A stretch of 64,000 nucleotides of DNA from Trichinella spiralis. Taxonomy: Eukaryota. A program made the position numbers and the translations under genes. Under the pieces are notes generated by a model. It made no database searches. It saw only the letters and a list, made by a program, of their open reading frames with translations, and was not told the origin of the DNA. This document shows positions 24,301 to 38,100 of this stretch, piece by piece (the stretch's first letter is position 1; every line of letters begins with the position of its first letter). The stretch spans positions 1,766,585 through 1,830,584 of the forward strand of contig NW_003526944.1 in the NCBI RefSeq assembly GCF_000181795.1, read 5' to 3'.

Positions 24301-27090
24301 AAGAATATGCTAAGATAAAATTGAAAAAATGAATTCAATAGAATTGTAAAAGAAGACAAAACAACAATGTAAATAGATATATTATTGGGACTTACATTTT
24401 TTCAACATATGGAATTTGGAAAATAATCAAATGAGTAATGATTTTGAAGAGGCAAAAAATTTGATAAGCAAAATTGAAGATTACTTTCGATAAGAAACAG
24501 CAAACATCAGTGGAATTGAAATTATGCGTGAATGAACGAACTGCATGCTGAATTTATTATATGAGCTTAAATAGCGCATTAGACGATGTTACCTTGTTAC
24601 CTTCGATTCTGCGGTCTGCGGTCGGCAGTTAATTGCCAAGCAAACCATTATTCTTTGAGATTTAATCAAGCATAATTGCGAAAAAGCTTTACAAAGAGCA
24701 TCTGAAGAATGCTTGCCAGCATTGATGCAAGTTTCCCAGTCAAAGTCAACGTTTCCCCGTTGGATAGGATTAAAATTTGATCCCCAAAGCAGGTCAACGC
24801 TGAATCACATATATTTATACATATATATTGTAAGAATCTAATTTTCCGCTTTCGTCGCTAGATGCAGCGTTGATGAATCACGCGAATTCAAATAAAATAG
24901 CAACTTTTCCAATTAGCCATTTTCCGTTCCAATCAAACGCGCAAGGGAAAGTTTAATTAAGAGGCGATGGTTTAGAATAAGTGAAGACAACGTTTGAATA
25001 TACATACAATATATGTATATTTAATACAATAAATTAACAACCTTAACCAATTTCACGTCTGAATTCCTTCAAATTTTCAGCGTCTCATCTGATGAACGTT
25101 TTAATCTCAAAAACCAACTATATATAATACGTATGTGTGCTTTTTCACTCAACAATTCACGTTAAATTCAATTAAAAGGAAATTTAATTATAAACTGCAT
25201 AATAAAATAATTCCATTTTAATCTGTTTAATAAATTTACAGCAAAAAATAAATATATTACATAACACATCGTCATATAGCCTTAATAATAATAAAATGCT
25301 TTGAATTTATTTCCTGTAATTTAAAATACATCTACTGGATATTTGAAATGAAAAAAAAATAACGGTGATAAAGAATAAAATGACTAATAAATACAGTGAC
25401 ATATGCTAATTAAAATTAAACTTGAATTACTTTTATACTATATTAGTATGAGAAATTTTTCAATAAATTCAACAATGCGGCAGCTAGCATTTGTCAAATA
25501 AGCATCAGTAATAATTTCAATTTATGAAAAATTAAAAGAAAAAAACTCATTTTGTCAACTTCTCTCTGTCAAACAATATCAAGTGAAGAATACCTTTTCG
25601 AGCGTAAAAGCAATCAATTTGCATAGTATGAAATTTGTATTTCTTTTTTCCAAACTGTAACATTTCAACCCCTGAAGAATTTGCCAAATCAGAAATGATG
25701 GAATGATCTACACTGAAACAGTGCATAAGAACATAATTTCAAATCAAAACAATCATCACGTGGAAATTGAATTGCATATTTGAATAAAAGATTTTTCGTA
25801 TACTCACACATACACACACAAGGATTGCAATTTTGAAAATTCAATTAAATTTTTTTCCAAAAAAAAACAGAAGCACACTCGTCAGCATGCACCGCGAAGT
25901 GAAAGTTACTGTACTGCTGTCAGTGGGAAATTTTATTTTCACACTGCTGCGTTATTTTTGTTTGTCATTCAATAAATTTTAATGCCATTTTTATTTAAAT
26001 AAATTACTGTTGAAATTGGGCAAGAAATTCACATGCTCAATGATGCATTGGGCAGTTGTTCACGTGTATGTGTGTGTGTGTGTGTTCGTCGTTAAGCAAA
26101 TTCTTTTTGAACGGCACGCTGATAAATGGCCAAACAACTGCAAAATTAATTTAAATTTTATCAGTTCCGTTTAATCTAAATATTGTTTTGGTCGCAAGTG
26201 TCTGATGTGCAAACTTTTGTCTCATGTATCGCAAGGAGGAACAAGCTCTGTTAAAACAGACTGCAAATTTTGCAAATTTGTCGACAATTCTTTCAAATGT
26301 TTACTTTTGATAAAATTTAATTTTTCAAATCATCCTCTCCGAATTGAAAATTACACATTTCCTCTACTGTTGCAATTGTACATTTTTCGATATTTAAATT
26401 TAAAAACAATATCACAACGATCACTGGCTAATATTGGTGGAAAATGAAGTTTTCACTTTTGAAATTGAATAATTAAAAAGATTGTGGCAATTAATTTAAA
26501 AAATTAACTGAAATTTGTTACGTTCAACGATGAGTTTGATTTTTGAAAAATGAATGATGAAAAGAAAAAAAATTTTTTAAAGTTATTACCACTGCTGCAG
26601 CAAGTTAATTATGGTAAATGGAGAACATTTTTTGAGAATATTGAAATGTATGCAAGAAAAAAAAACTACAAACTATTGGAATATTTATGCAGCTTGTTAT
26701 TGATTAAACGGATCACATTTAATATAATTTATATAAAATATTGATTACTGTATTTATAGTAAAATAGAAGAATAATAAATTAGGATAAAAAAATTATTTA
26801 TTGGCATTACGATTAGAAGAGAATTTATTAATGGGAAGTGTCGAGAAGAAAATTGGGAAAAAAGAATAGAATTACATCTCAACCGTACCTCCTGATTTGA
26901 TATCATTGCATTCAAGAACAGGTAAACATATGTCGGCAACAGCAACATCAACAGCAGAAGCAGCAGCAGCAGCAGCATCTGCATCTGCATCTGCATCTGC
27001 ATTAGCAGCGGCACTAGCGGCAGCAGACATTCCGTTGACAAACGTGGAAATGTCGAAAGCTTGTGCAGGGCTACTAATTGCCAAAACCAT
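21347..27090 (-). CDS. Paired-like (PRD class, Q50) homeobox transcription factor, Arx/aristaless-like, copy 2 (about 316 aa)
   Basis: Exons 27090-26889 (putative), 22230-22095, 22025-21980 (46 nt) and 21913-21347. The homeodomain is the same as in copy 1, ending [11 protein letters not shown]. Confidence 0.9.
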
Positions 27091-29210
27091 GTTTGGGATA
27101 GTCACTTTTCACGTGTTCTGCAATTTCGATAATGTCAACTTAATATTTCCAAAAGCAACCAACTAGCCATTAGCAGCAGCGCTACCTGTGGGGCGTTTGC
27201 ACTGTTTGCTTAGTTTCACCAGAAAACACACACACACACGTGGTATATATGCGCTTTCAGCGTACCCAAATAGTTGGAGCATGCGGGCGCATGTTTCAGT
27301 TGCTGTTTGATCATCGGTACTTGGTTGGGGGAATTTTGTTTTGCAAAATCAAATTTTCAACTTTTCATACTTTCCCCCCCCCCTGAGCGGATAGATCTTC
27401 TCTCTCCCCTTGACATTCTACATTCAAATGTTCTCTGTGCAATTGCACTGCTCCGTGTTTGACCAGCTGGACTGTTTGCAGGAAATGATCACGATTCTTT
27501 CGTCCTCTTCTATTAATAATTTATCAACGCAAATGATTAAACATTTTTTAAAAAATTTCCACTGACAATATTTGCATACACACACACACACACATACAGA
27601 GAGACATACACTGATCAATTATATGTTTTCTACTGGCGTTCATCATGCTAATTTTTTTAAAAAATAAAATACAATATTTAATACAAGCTGTATTAGATGC
27701 AATCGATCAAATTAGTATATCATTTTTCCACTAATCAGATGGCGAAATCAAAATTTCAAAATCTTCATCAAATATGATTTATTTATCTATTTACTTTAGC
27801 CATACTAAACCCCGTGCTGTATTGTCAATTAGCATTTTGTTTTTTTTTCTTCCATTAACAAACTGTACATCTGAAGTTAGATTTAAAAATAATTTCAAAA
27901 AAATGAATAAATCACTTATTGAACTGAGTGAATAAATTTTGAAAATGAAATATTGAAGAAAGAGAACTAAACAAAAATTTCGCATACATTAATTCACAGT
28001 GATAATTATTGTCACTTGGTTACGCATGCAATGGCTGCGCAATAGCATAAATATTGAAAGCGATGGCTTAAGCAGTCATATAAATAGCAAATAGTTGGTC
28101 CGGTTTTGCTGTCAACTGAGCCTGCTTTCAACAATTTTATTGCTGACATTGAAAAGTGGAGCAATAAAGGTTCGCTGAAAATGACCAAACGGGCGTGGTA
28201 CCATTACCGTAAAGCCTAATTCCACAACGCTTATTATTATTATTACTATTATTATTATTATTATCATTATTGGTCTATAATTTTAACGAACAATTTTCTA
28301 TCCAAACTGCATTACTGAAAATATTTTTTTTTCAACCCAAACTGAACAAAAATCATCGGTTGGTTGCCCGTCAACATATATACATATATACATTTGAAAT
28401 GATATAAATTCTGTTTTCCTTTTCAACTGTTATTAAATGTTCAACTTTACAACATAGAAATTCACACATCTGACAAACAAATCTTGGATTAATTGATTAA
28501 TTAATTTTAAAGGCTATTTATTTAAAATTATATTGCATGCAATTACACATAATGACAACATAATAATAATAATAATGTTGATAAATGAAAACACAATAAT
28601 AATAATAATAATAATAATAACACACCAAACTTTTTCAAATAAAAAATTCAACAAGAAAACGACAACATCAAAAATTTAAATACCCAAATAAACCTAAATA
28701 AATATGCTGTGAAATTTTTGGTCCGTATTTTTTTGAACAATGGTATTATTTTTGAACAAAAATACAATTTCACTGAATGAACTGAGTTAATTTTATGCTG
28801 CTTTTTGGTACAGTTTGAACAGTTTAATTTTCGTTTCGTGATATAACGCATCAACATCAATGAAAAATTTTCTTCACATCAAAAAATAACACCGTGGCAA
28901 GAATAATGTAAGAAATTCAAATTATCAAATTTTGGAAAGTTAACTTTCAGTTTACAGAAATTTTATTGACCATTGAACAACGGAAATTTGATAATTAATT
29001 AATTATTTAATTACTATTATAAAATTTTTTATGAAATTGAACAACTTTTTGAAAATAAATTTGCAAAAACAAAGCAAACAAACAAGCCTATTAGTATGGG
29101 TTTTCATATTTTAAAGTAAGCTTTTTATTTTGTACGATTTATAAAATTTAACTATGTACAATTAGCATTAGTGTTACAATAAATGCGAAAATTAAGGCAA
29201 TCACGTAAAA

Positions 29211-29283
29211 ATCCCTGTAGCGCAGAGGATAGCGCGTTGGGCTTCTAACCCAAAGGTCGTGGGTTCGATCCCCACCAGGGATG
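29211..29283 (+). tRNA. tRNA-Arg (anticodon TCT), copy 2
   Basis: 73-nt cloverleaf identical to 10628-10700, followed by a T5 terminator. Confidence 0.97.
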
Positions 29284-32200
29284 AAACTTTTTCAATCTTT
29301 GAATAACTGAAAATTAATCTGATATTTCACAAGCAAAATATACTAGGAACAATTCGATTCAGTATTTTTCAAATGTTCAGAAGAAATAGCAAAAATATGT
29401 TGCAAAAAGAGTTAAAAAGAAACAACATCGACAATAACGCACAGCTTTGTTCCCCCTATTTTTTACCAATTACTATCTCCTATCAGAAGAGCACAGCAGA
29501 GCAGTCAAACAGGTCTATTTATAAAATCAATAAATAAGACATCTGAAAGTGATTTTTTTAATGTCAAAAAATAAACAGGCAGCTATTTATGAATGGTAGA
29601 GAAAAAGTAGGAAAACAAGAACTGCGGGTTTCCTTTCTCGTTGCAAGTGATGAAAGTGAAAGCATTTCACAACTTGATTACGTTTCTATTCAACTGATTA
29701 ATAAATAGCAAAAAAAAACAATGTTAAAAATTAACGTTACAAAACTAAAACAAAAATTAAATATACATATCATAAGACTACAGGATATTGATGAGCAAGC
29801 ACAAATATCATAAAAAAATTCTAGAAAAAAATGCAGTTGTAATTTATAAAAAACCTAAAGGCCTCTTCCTCGATATAATAATAATAATAAAACTAAAATA
29901 ACAATCATTTATTGTATTGTTTCATATTTTTAAAATTTTTAAATAATTGTAAACGTGAAGATGGCATAAAAAAAGAAATAACCTCAAGTTTAATTAAATA
30001 TATCGGTTGGAAGAGAATTGGGAAAATTGCAATTTAATTTATTTAATTTATTTATTTGACTGCAAACAAATTCAGTAATTGCAAAAAGTATGTCTTCAGA
30101 GTCGAAAAAACAAACAAACAACAAGCAGTGTTCTTACAACTGTCAACAACATGTCAATAGTTGTTTCATCAGATAAAAATATTCGATTAATACTTTAAGG
30201 ATGAAAATGATAATTTTACAACCGAATGTTAGTTATTCAAGAAAAATCATCAACAATTTGTTGACAAATAAAATGTTTACAGTTTACAGTAGCTGAGATT
30301 AGCAAAGAGGATATGACGAGTGTGTAAGTGTTGACAGAGAAATTGATTTGCCGTGATGAAGCAAGCGTTCAAATTATTCCGGTAGTATAATTTTTCAAGT
30401 TTTACAAATTTGCCTGTACACTTTCCCAAAATAAGTGGAAAAATCACACACTTCATTCACATGGAAGAGATAGAGAAAAAAGGACTAAGACACATCGAAA
30501 ACCGTTGCTTAAATCGGTCGATTCTGATTGTCAAAACTGTAAGCTAAATCTGATGAATAGAATGACTTGAGTTGAGAACGTGCCAAAAGTCAAAACTGCC
30601 GCATTTGATGACAGTTTTCGACGGTAAATTTGAACAACAGTCGGGTGTGTAAAAACGCCCCCTTGATGAAATGCATCCAAAAATGGAAAGTTCAGATTCT
30701 TGACCCGAATTTTGAACAAGCAGCACCTTGCCCACCGTCCATACTTCTTCTTCTTCTTCTTCCTCCAGCCTCTCCCCCAAAAATGCCCGGTTGTTCACCA
30801 AATTTCAAACTTACTGACAACCACCATGAGGATCCACACCCACACTCACACAGCATTTGTTCAATTTTCTAATAACACTGAACAATTATAAATTTCGATT
30901 CTACGTTGTGATAAAATTATAGAAACAAGCATCATCTAGTCTCTCCTTTGATGAATAAAGTACATTTTACAATGAAAACAAAAAAAAACACCCAATCTTG
31001 TCATCATCATCTTATCAGTATCTAAAAATTGCAACAAAATGCCTTTTTTTTCTTCAAAATTTCATTTGTCATTCATTCATTCATTCATCATCATTTTTCA
31101 AAATATAAAATATAAAGTAAATTTCTCATCAAATATTATTTGAAAAACAGAACCAACAACAAGCAACAAATATTGCTTTTACATATACACATTTGAAAGC
31201 GAATGATTTCCTACTACCACAATTCTCTCATGATAATCATCATCAATCAATTAAAGTATCTATGAATTACAAATTTTCAAGACATTCCCCTGACAAGAAT
31301 TTGCACACAACAACTACTACTACTGTACAAGTAATAACAAAAAGTTGAATATAATAAAATCCATTTCCAAGCGCATGATCCGAGGTTCCAAATTTCTTAA
31401 AAAGCGCAATTCTACAATGTATTTTTTTGCAACTTTGCATACAGTCCCAAGCATGAATGATCATTACCAGTGAAACAAATTTAGATTTTTTCAAGCTTGT
31501 CAAGCTTTCAATATTTTGCAATGAAAATCATCATTCTGTTTTTAACAGAGCATGTAATGGAAAAATTTTCAACACCATAATTGGACTGCCCAGTGTAGCG
31601 TGATCGACCAACCTAAATAGGGAAAGTTGGTGTTCGACGATTCTGCTAGTGATGTGATGATGAGTGACAAACTTAAATCCTTCTCAAAGTAAAAAAAAAG
31701 ATACCCCTTATTTTTCTGGCAATTTTTTCGTTCTAAAAATTGAGAAAAACAGAAAAATGCTAATTCATATACAAAGTTTTGACGAATGGATGGATGTGAA
31801 TTTTAAAAAATGATAAATTTTCCATAAAATATACACTTTCCATAACTGAGACAAACTACTAATTGTTCACGATAAATTTCCAAGCATAAGAGAGAAGAAG
31901 CATCACTTTCTCTCTCTCTCACTCTTCAGGTCCTATTTTATGATCAATTAAAAAAATAATATAAAATTTCAATTGAGATGAATTGCAATTATGGGTGTAT
32001 CTAAAAAGGATATGAAATGATGAGATGAACGCAACGGGATGAAATTTATGTTCTGACATGACTGGTCCCCATTCAGAGCAGCCTTCCACAGCCGCCGACA
32101 GCTACTGGGAGTGGCTTTGCTGTCGGCATTGTTTGACAACTGTGTACAACGAGGCCGTATTCATTTATAAAAATCAGTCCTTGAAACCAACCATCTGCAT

Positions 32201-35119
32201 GCGATCAACTTTGGACAACGCCACTGCAGCACCACTGCGGTGCACTGTTCGTTGCTTGCTTCATTCATCTTAGCGGCCATACAGTCGAACAAGGCCTGGC
32301 CTGCAGTGAATGAGAGGAGCAGCTCCCCCTGGCACCTTGTAGTCTCTCTCTCTCTCTCTCTCTCTAGGACCAGTCCTTGTAAAAGCAAACTTCTCTCGCT
32401 ATTCATCCGCAGCGCTTTCTTCTTCATCTTCAAGTCTGAATCAATTCCCATTTCACTTTCTTCCTTCTCGTCTCCAATCCAGGCGGAGCGCATCCAATGC
32501 GCACTCGTCAACCAGTGCAGCTTATCAAAACGCTGATCAGTCTGTTAGTGACACAGGTAGTATATAAATCTATGCATTGTATATATATATATATATTCAC
32601 ATATGTATATATTGTAAGAATATCCTTATGCTCATATTTCTTTCCAATCACTTCAGCCAACATGCTAACACGCACAGATAGATGACACTAATGTATACGC
32701 ATAGAAATATTATGGACATTCGATTTTTTCGTAAAATGGCATATCCTTTTTCACTTCGTAGAATACTTATATAGCAAATGTTATAAATATTTGCTTTAAA
32801 TATTGCTACAAATGTTAACCTTGGACAAACCCATAAAAATCATGTATGATAACATAAAATTATGATATACATTTGGTAGATTTGTTGCTCAAAGTTTGTA
32901 AAATTTATTTCAAAAATGCCCAGTTTTACAATATTCGGATTTCAAACCACTTAATGTGCGTGACAAACAAAGAATTCTAAAAGCTTCTCATAAATTAATC
33001 CACCATAAATAATAATTATCTATTCAATTAAGTGGATGATGCATTTGAACTTAATTTTTTGTTTTTGTCACTTTCGAAATGCTGCTAATTAAAAAAAATT
33101 GCCAAAAAAAGAAGTTTACTAATTGCCGTGAACAATTTAATCAAATATAATAGTTTGAGTTGAGTTTATTAGAAATCATGTTTCAAAATGCAAGAAATTA
33201 ATTTCAGTGGATTTCAGATAAGACGTTGATTTTTAAAGTGGATAAATGCAGAAAAAAATTTTTTATTGGATATTAAGTAGCCCCGACAATTTTTGCAGTG
33301 CTTCTTTTGTTTGCAATTTTTAAGAAGAAAAATAATGAATGTTCTTTATGTAAAATAATTCCTTCCTATGATAGATAATATTCAGAAAATTTGTGCAGCT
33401 TGGATATTGAATAACTTGCAACATTTTCAAGCTAGAGATTGAAATTGTTGGTGAATTATTATACTTTCAAATAGATACTACATATACTAACATATAAGAT
33501 TGTCAAAATTTTCAAAGAAAAAAGTTTTTATCAAATCAAATCAAATCAAATGAATGCAATTTACACCTGTGTTTGCCTTTTCAAATTTCAACAATTACCT
33601 CTCCTTTTCCAAGAAAAAACAGATATATATATATACAAGTATACAATATACAAGTATAATAAATATGCAAGAAATATTTTCACATCAGTGGATGCCATTG
33701 TGATAAACCACGAGAATTGAGATTGAGAAAAAAAATTGTAATGATTTAACGTACGACCCAAAATAAAACCTATAGCTTTGAATTGTAACATATTGTAACT
33801 GTGAAACGGCAAACATATGAGACATGTTTTTATAGCAAAATAAGGCCAGTTTGACTCAAATTAATTTGTTGGTGAAGTTTTTTGATCGCTATAAAATAGT
33901 TACATTTTCATTTAATGATTCACATTCTATTCATCACTAGTCTGAAGTAGCTGCAAAATTTCAATTAATTGTTTGGTTGAAAAATAAAAAAAAAATTGCT
34001 TATGCTTCACATCATTCAGTACACACCAGTGGACAGACACGACACACCTCACGAATTTTCATTTCTATCTCATATGCATTTTCTAGCGGTTAAAAGCAGT
34101 TCAATTGAGAGAATAGAAAATTTTGAATTCAATAAAAATAAACAATTCAAAAATTCATATCACATAATTAATTAATGTCAATCGTACAAGCGCACACAAA
34201 GCTGTTAGAATTGAAAACAAAAAAAACAACAACACTCGCGTCAATGTCTATGAAACACGTTTGAAATGCTAATTCACCTTCAACTGTTGATACCGAATAG
34301 GAAAGGCTCGTGCACAGATTAAAAGATCATCAAGCTAGGAAATAATGACTTCATCCAATTAAACAAGAGAAAAGCAACAGTTCCTTTCAAATAGTTTTAA
34401 TAAACCATCAAGAATTAATTAAACGCTACGAATAAATAAATTTCTCCAGTGTTTAGCAATAACTGTCTGATTAAACGCGTTCAATCTGCAAACCCTGCTT
34501 AACTGAAATCACTCAAATTCGATAATTATGTAAATTTTTCAGCTATCAACTTTTGTCTGCTTTTAATTTGTAAATTACAGGCTCTGACTTGATCCATTAA
34601 ACTGATACAAAATCTTAAAGTTGATTTTCCACGTGCCTGAACAATTTTAAATAGTTCAATTTTGAGTGAGAGTAAATTCAAAGCAATTCATTAGTTAGCA
34701 TCTTCAATGAATAATTGCTGTTGCACTTGTGTAAAGCTTATCACCGAACGATAATATGTGATTTGGATTAATTTGAACAACAAAAAGGAGGCGTCATTTA
34801 AGGATGATCTATACCTATATATATATATATATATAGATGAGCACATGTAAATCAACTGCTTAATAAAAAACATAATAACATAAAAGAAGCAGAACAAGCA
34901 CTGGATCGTGTATTATTGATTACTTGCTACCTCAGAAATAAAAATTGTAACAAAAGCATTTAGCTCGACATCCATAATCGATAACCTGAATTTCAGGCGA
35001 TGAAATCAATATAACAAACCCTAGTTGGTGAAGTAGCAATGCTTTTTTAACGAATGAATCTCGAAAGTATACTTCGAGTATAATAAATAAACTTTCCTTG
35101 TTGCAATTTTACTCTGCAT

Positions 35120-35145
35120 TTATTTCTTTTTTTTTTCTTCAGATA
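35120..35145 (+). promoter_or_regulatory. Strong 3' splice acceptor 3 nt before the ADAMTS ATG (trans-splice site or 5' UTR intron end)
   Basis: A long pyrimidine tract ending in ttcttcag|ATA ATG. I identified no upstream exon. Confidence 0.45.
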
Positions 35146-38100
35146 ATGAAAAAGAAGAGATTTTTATCAGTTTTTTTAGTAACTTTAATCTGCAAATCAA
35201 CGCAAAAAAAACCATCCAGTTTCTGTATAATAATTTAATTACCGATTTAAATTAGGGTGTAACAAACAGGTGATTTAGAGAAAAAAATCAGTTGAGAGTA
35301 GTTACTGCAAAGGTTGCAAAGGTGCAAGGTTACAGTTACTACAGAAAAAACGGAAATTTCATAAATAAATTTCAAAATAACCTTAACACTATTTCCATGT
35401 ATAATCTTAATTTTATAGTTTTTTAAGAAAAGTCTTTAAAAAAGAAACAGTTTCCATTTTATTCATTGCTACTGATAAAGTAAATATTATCCAAAGTTGT
35501 TTAAGGTGATTAACTTGCAAATTGCCGTCACTGGGCTAGAGATCCATTCCGATGCGATTAGCTTTAGTCCGCCCAATCATTTTTACGATGATTTCAACAC
35601 AGAAGAGTTGCGTGAAACGTTTGGAGTTTCAAATCATGAAAAAAGTAAGTTATAAGCACATACACGCCCACATACGGATACACGTGCGCGCGCACGCACA
35701 TATATGTACATATCACATTCTCATTTTCCTGTTACTCGACTCTGGTTGATCATCTCATATATATAATTATAGTTCAATTGAAAATATGTATTAAACATCC
35801 ACCCATTCGACACTTTCATCAGCAATGCTATACAACAATTTAGCTATTCGATTTAAAAATTTTACAGTTATCTCAAAGGAATTAATCACTTTTCATATAT
35901 GCATGCTTGATTTCATTCACACTGTTCATCTGATCTTATCATCTAGATGTGAATTCATATAATTTTCAAATATGAAGGCAAAGTGAACAAACAAACTTTC
36001 ATATAATATCATCCATAAATTATAAAACATTTGTCATTCAACATGTTACACACTACTTTAAAAGGTTGTATTACTTAAAGTTCTACAAATTCAAACAAAG
36101 CATTTTTTGAACTAGTTAGATTAAAATGAAATTTGAAATTAATGAAAAATTTCCATTTGATTTAATCTTTCAATCACAGTTTAAATGTAAAACGTAAAAT
36201 ATGTTTGTGATTTAAAATTTAGATAAAAGATGCTTGTGTAAAACATCACCGATATACAGACGTCGCCTAAATTCCACAATATCTCTCATCAAATGAATCA
36301 AGTATCATGACATGGAAGAATTTCAAATCTAATAATAGCAGTAATTAAATCTGAACAATAGGAAATCGCTGACAGTGGCCAGTTTGAAAATGCAACGACT
36401 ACTGCTGACTGACTGCAAGAGCAAATGCGGTCGTCGATTTTCAAAAAAAAACTATTTTAAATGATCAAAACATTATAAGCCCTTTCGATTTCCGAAAATC
36501 ATTAAACCCTCTGTTGCACAGCTTCAATTTTTTTACGGTATTTCTGACCAATTGCTTGTTGGTTCTTTCACATAATGTACATTTCAAATTGAAATATAAT
36601 ACATAAAAGTGAACAGAATTTTCAAGTGATAAAAAATTATCCACTTCCGCAGTGGATAAAATAACTTTGAATTTCAGTTCCAGATCATGAGATTGTAAAG
36701 CCAGAATTGCACGCAATTGGCAATCAAAGCGAACCATCGTGGCTAATGAGGATTCATTTCGGCAATCGAACCCATCAACTGCATTTGAATACAGTCGATT
36801 TGGAAAATCTCTTCTCACCCCAATTGCTGACCATCGAGCGCTACAACAACCGTACACTGTTGAACGTCGGCAGTAGTTTTGCACCACTGTGCCGCAATCA
36901 TTACCGTACGACAGGAACAGACCACGTGCACGGTGCTTTGTCACTGTGTGAAGGAATGTTGGCAAGTTGTCCTCCTAATTTTTTTATCCAACTGTGCAGT
37001 AGTGCAGTGCATGAATTGGCGTCTAACAATAATTGTAGAAAGGTTCTTTTCTTCTGAATGATGGTGGTTTGTACACTTTGCTGCCATTGCCGAAACGTAA
37101 AAATGATCACCTCGTCCGACTGAAAAGAATGGCCCCGACAAACAACTTCGACTTCCACGTCATTTACAAACGACAAACCACTTCAGGCAGCTTTTTCTAC
37201 CCCTCAGCGACATTCTGCGGTGTCGGTGAGTTGGAAATCGATTTTCCTTTTTCACTAACCCTACTAAACAAGGTTTTTACTCTATGACTGAAAATATTTC
37301 CCAACAGATACTAGCTTCGAAAGAACGATGCGAGATGATCCAACAAAAATGAAAAAACATCACAACAACTGGAATGCTCCACCAGGAAGTACGCAGTTCC
37401 ACCACGATCGACTTGTAATGGAATTGGCAATTTTCATCGACAATGAACTATGGCTGAGATATTCGCGCAAATACGGAGATCAAGCTGAAGATAAACTAAA
37501 AGACTTCATCTACACCGTATTTCATCATGTAGGTAGCGAACAGAGCTTATTAAAAATTTATGATGCAAAAACTATTTGCTTGCAGGTTCAAATATTATAC
37601 CAACAACCGTCAATTGAACCTTTGATTGAGTTCAGCATTGTGCGCTACGAAATCTTCAAAACACAACCGGTGAGATTGTTACACCACACTGTGTGATTAA
37701 ATTTATCACCAGCAACAGAATAGAACAAAAAAAGAAAATAAATTTATGCGTGAAACCGTAATTATTTGCTTAATATTAAATTTTTTTCATTTAGTTTCTA
37801 TTTTCAGAAAGCCCTGAAAGGAACAAAACACAATCACGGAAGTGCTCTTTCGTATTTGAATGCATTTTGCAAGTTCCAGTACTATTTGGGTGCGAGAAAA
37901 CGCTGGGACTTCGCTCTGCTCTTTTCCGGGTAATCAACAACCGCAGACCGTTATTAATTTTTTCAAACCACAGTCGGCGGGCATTGCTTAATTTAATTTA
38001 ATTTAATTTTATTTTATTTTATTTTATTTTCCAGTTACGACATTCACCGACCTCCCAGTGATCGAACAATTAGCGGTATTGCTCGACTGTACGGCGTTTG

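Larger units (their letters stand above)
19310..33620. repeat. Copy 2 of the approximately 15-kb near-identical direct repeat (gap-free, within the main contig)
   Basis: Colinear with 130-15164 and ends at ...ttccaagaaaaaac (33620). It runs seamlessly into unique sequence on both sides. Confidence 0.97.

Noticed and set aside
36637..36659. TTATCCAC inverted pair resembling bacterial DnaA boxes
   Set aside because: It sits in an intron of a eukaryotic gene with no other bacterial signal, so it is treated only as a hairpin.
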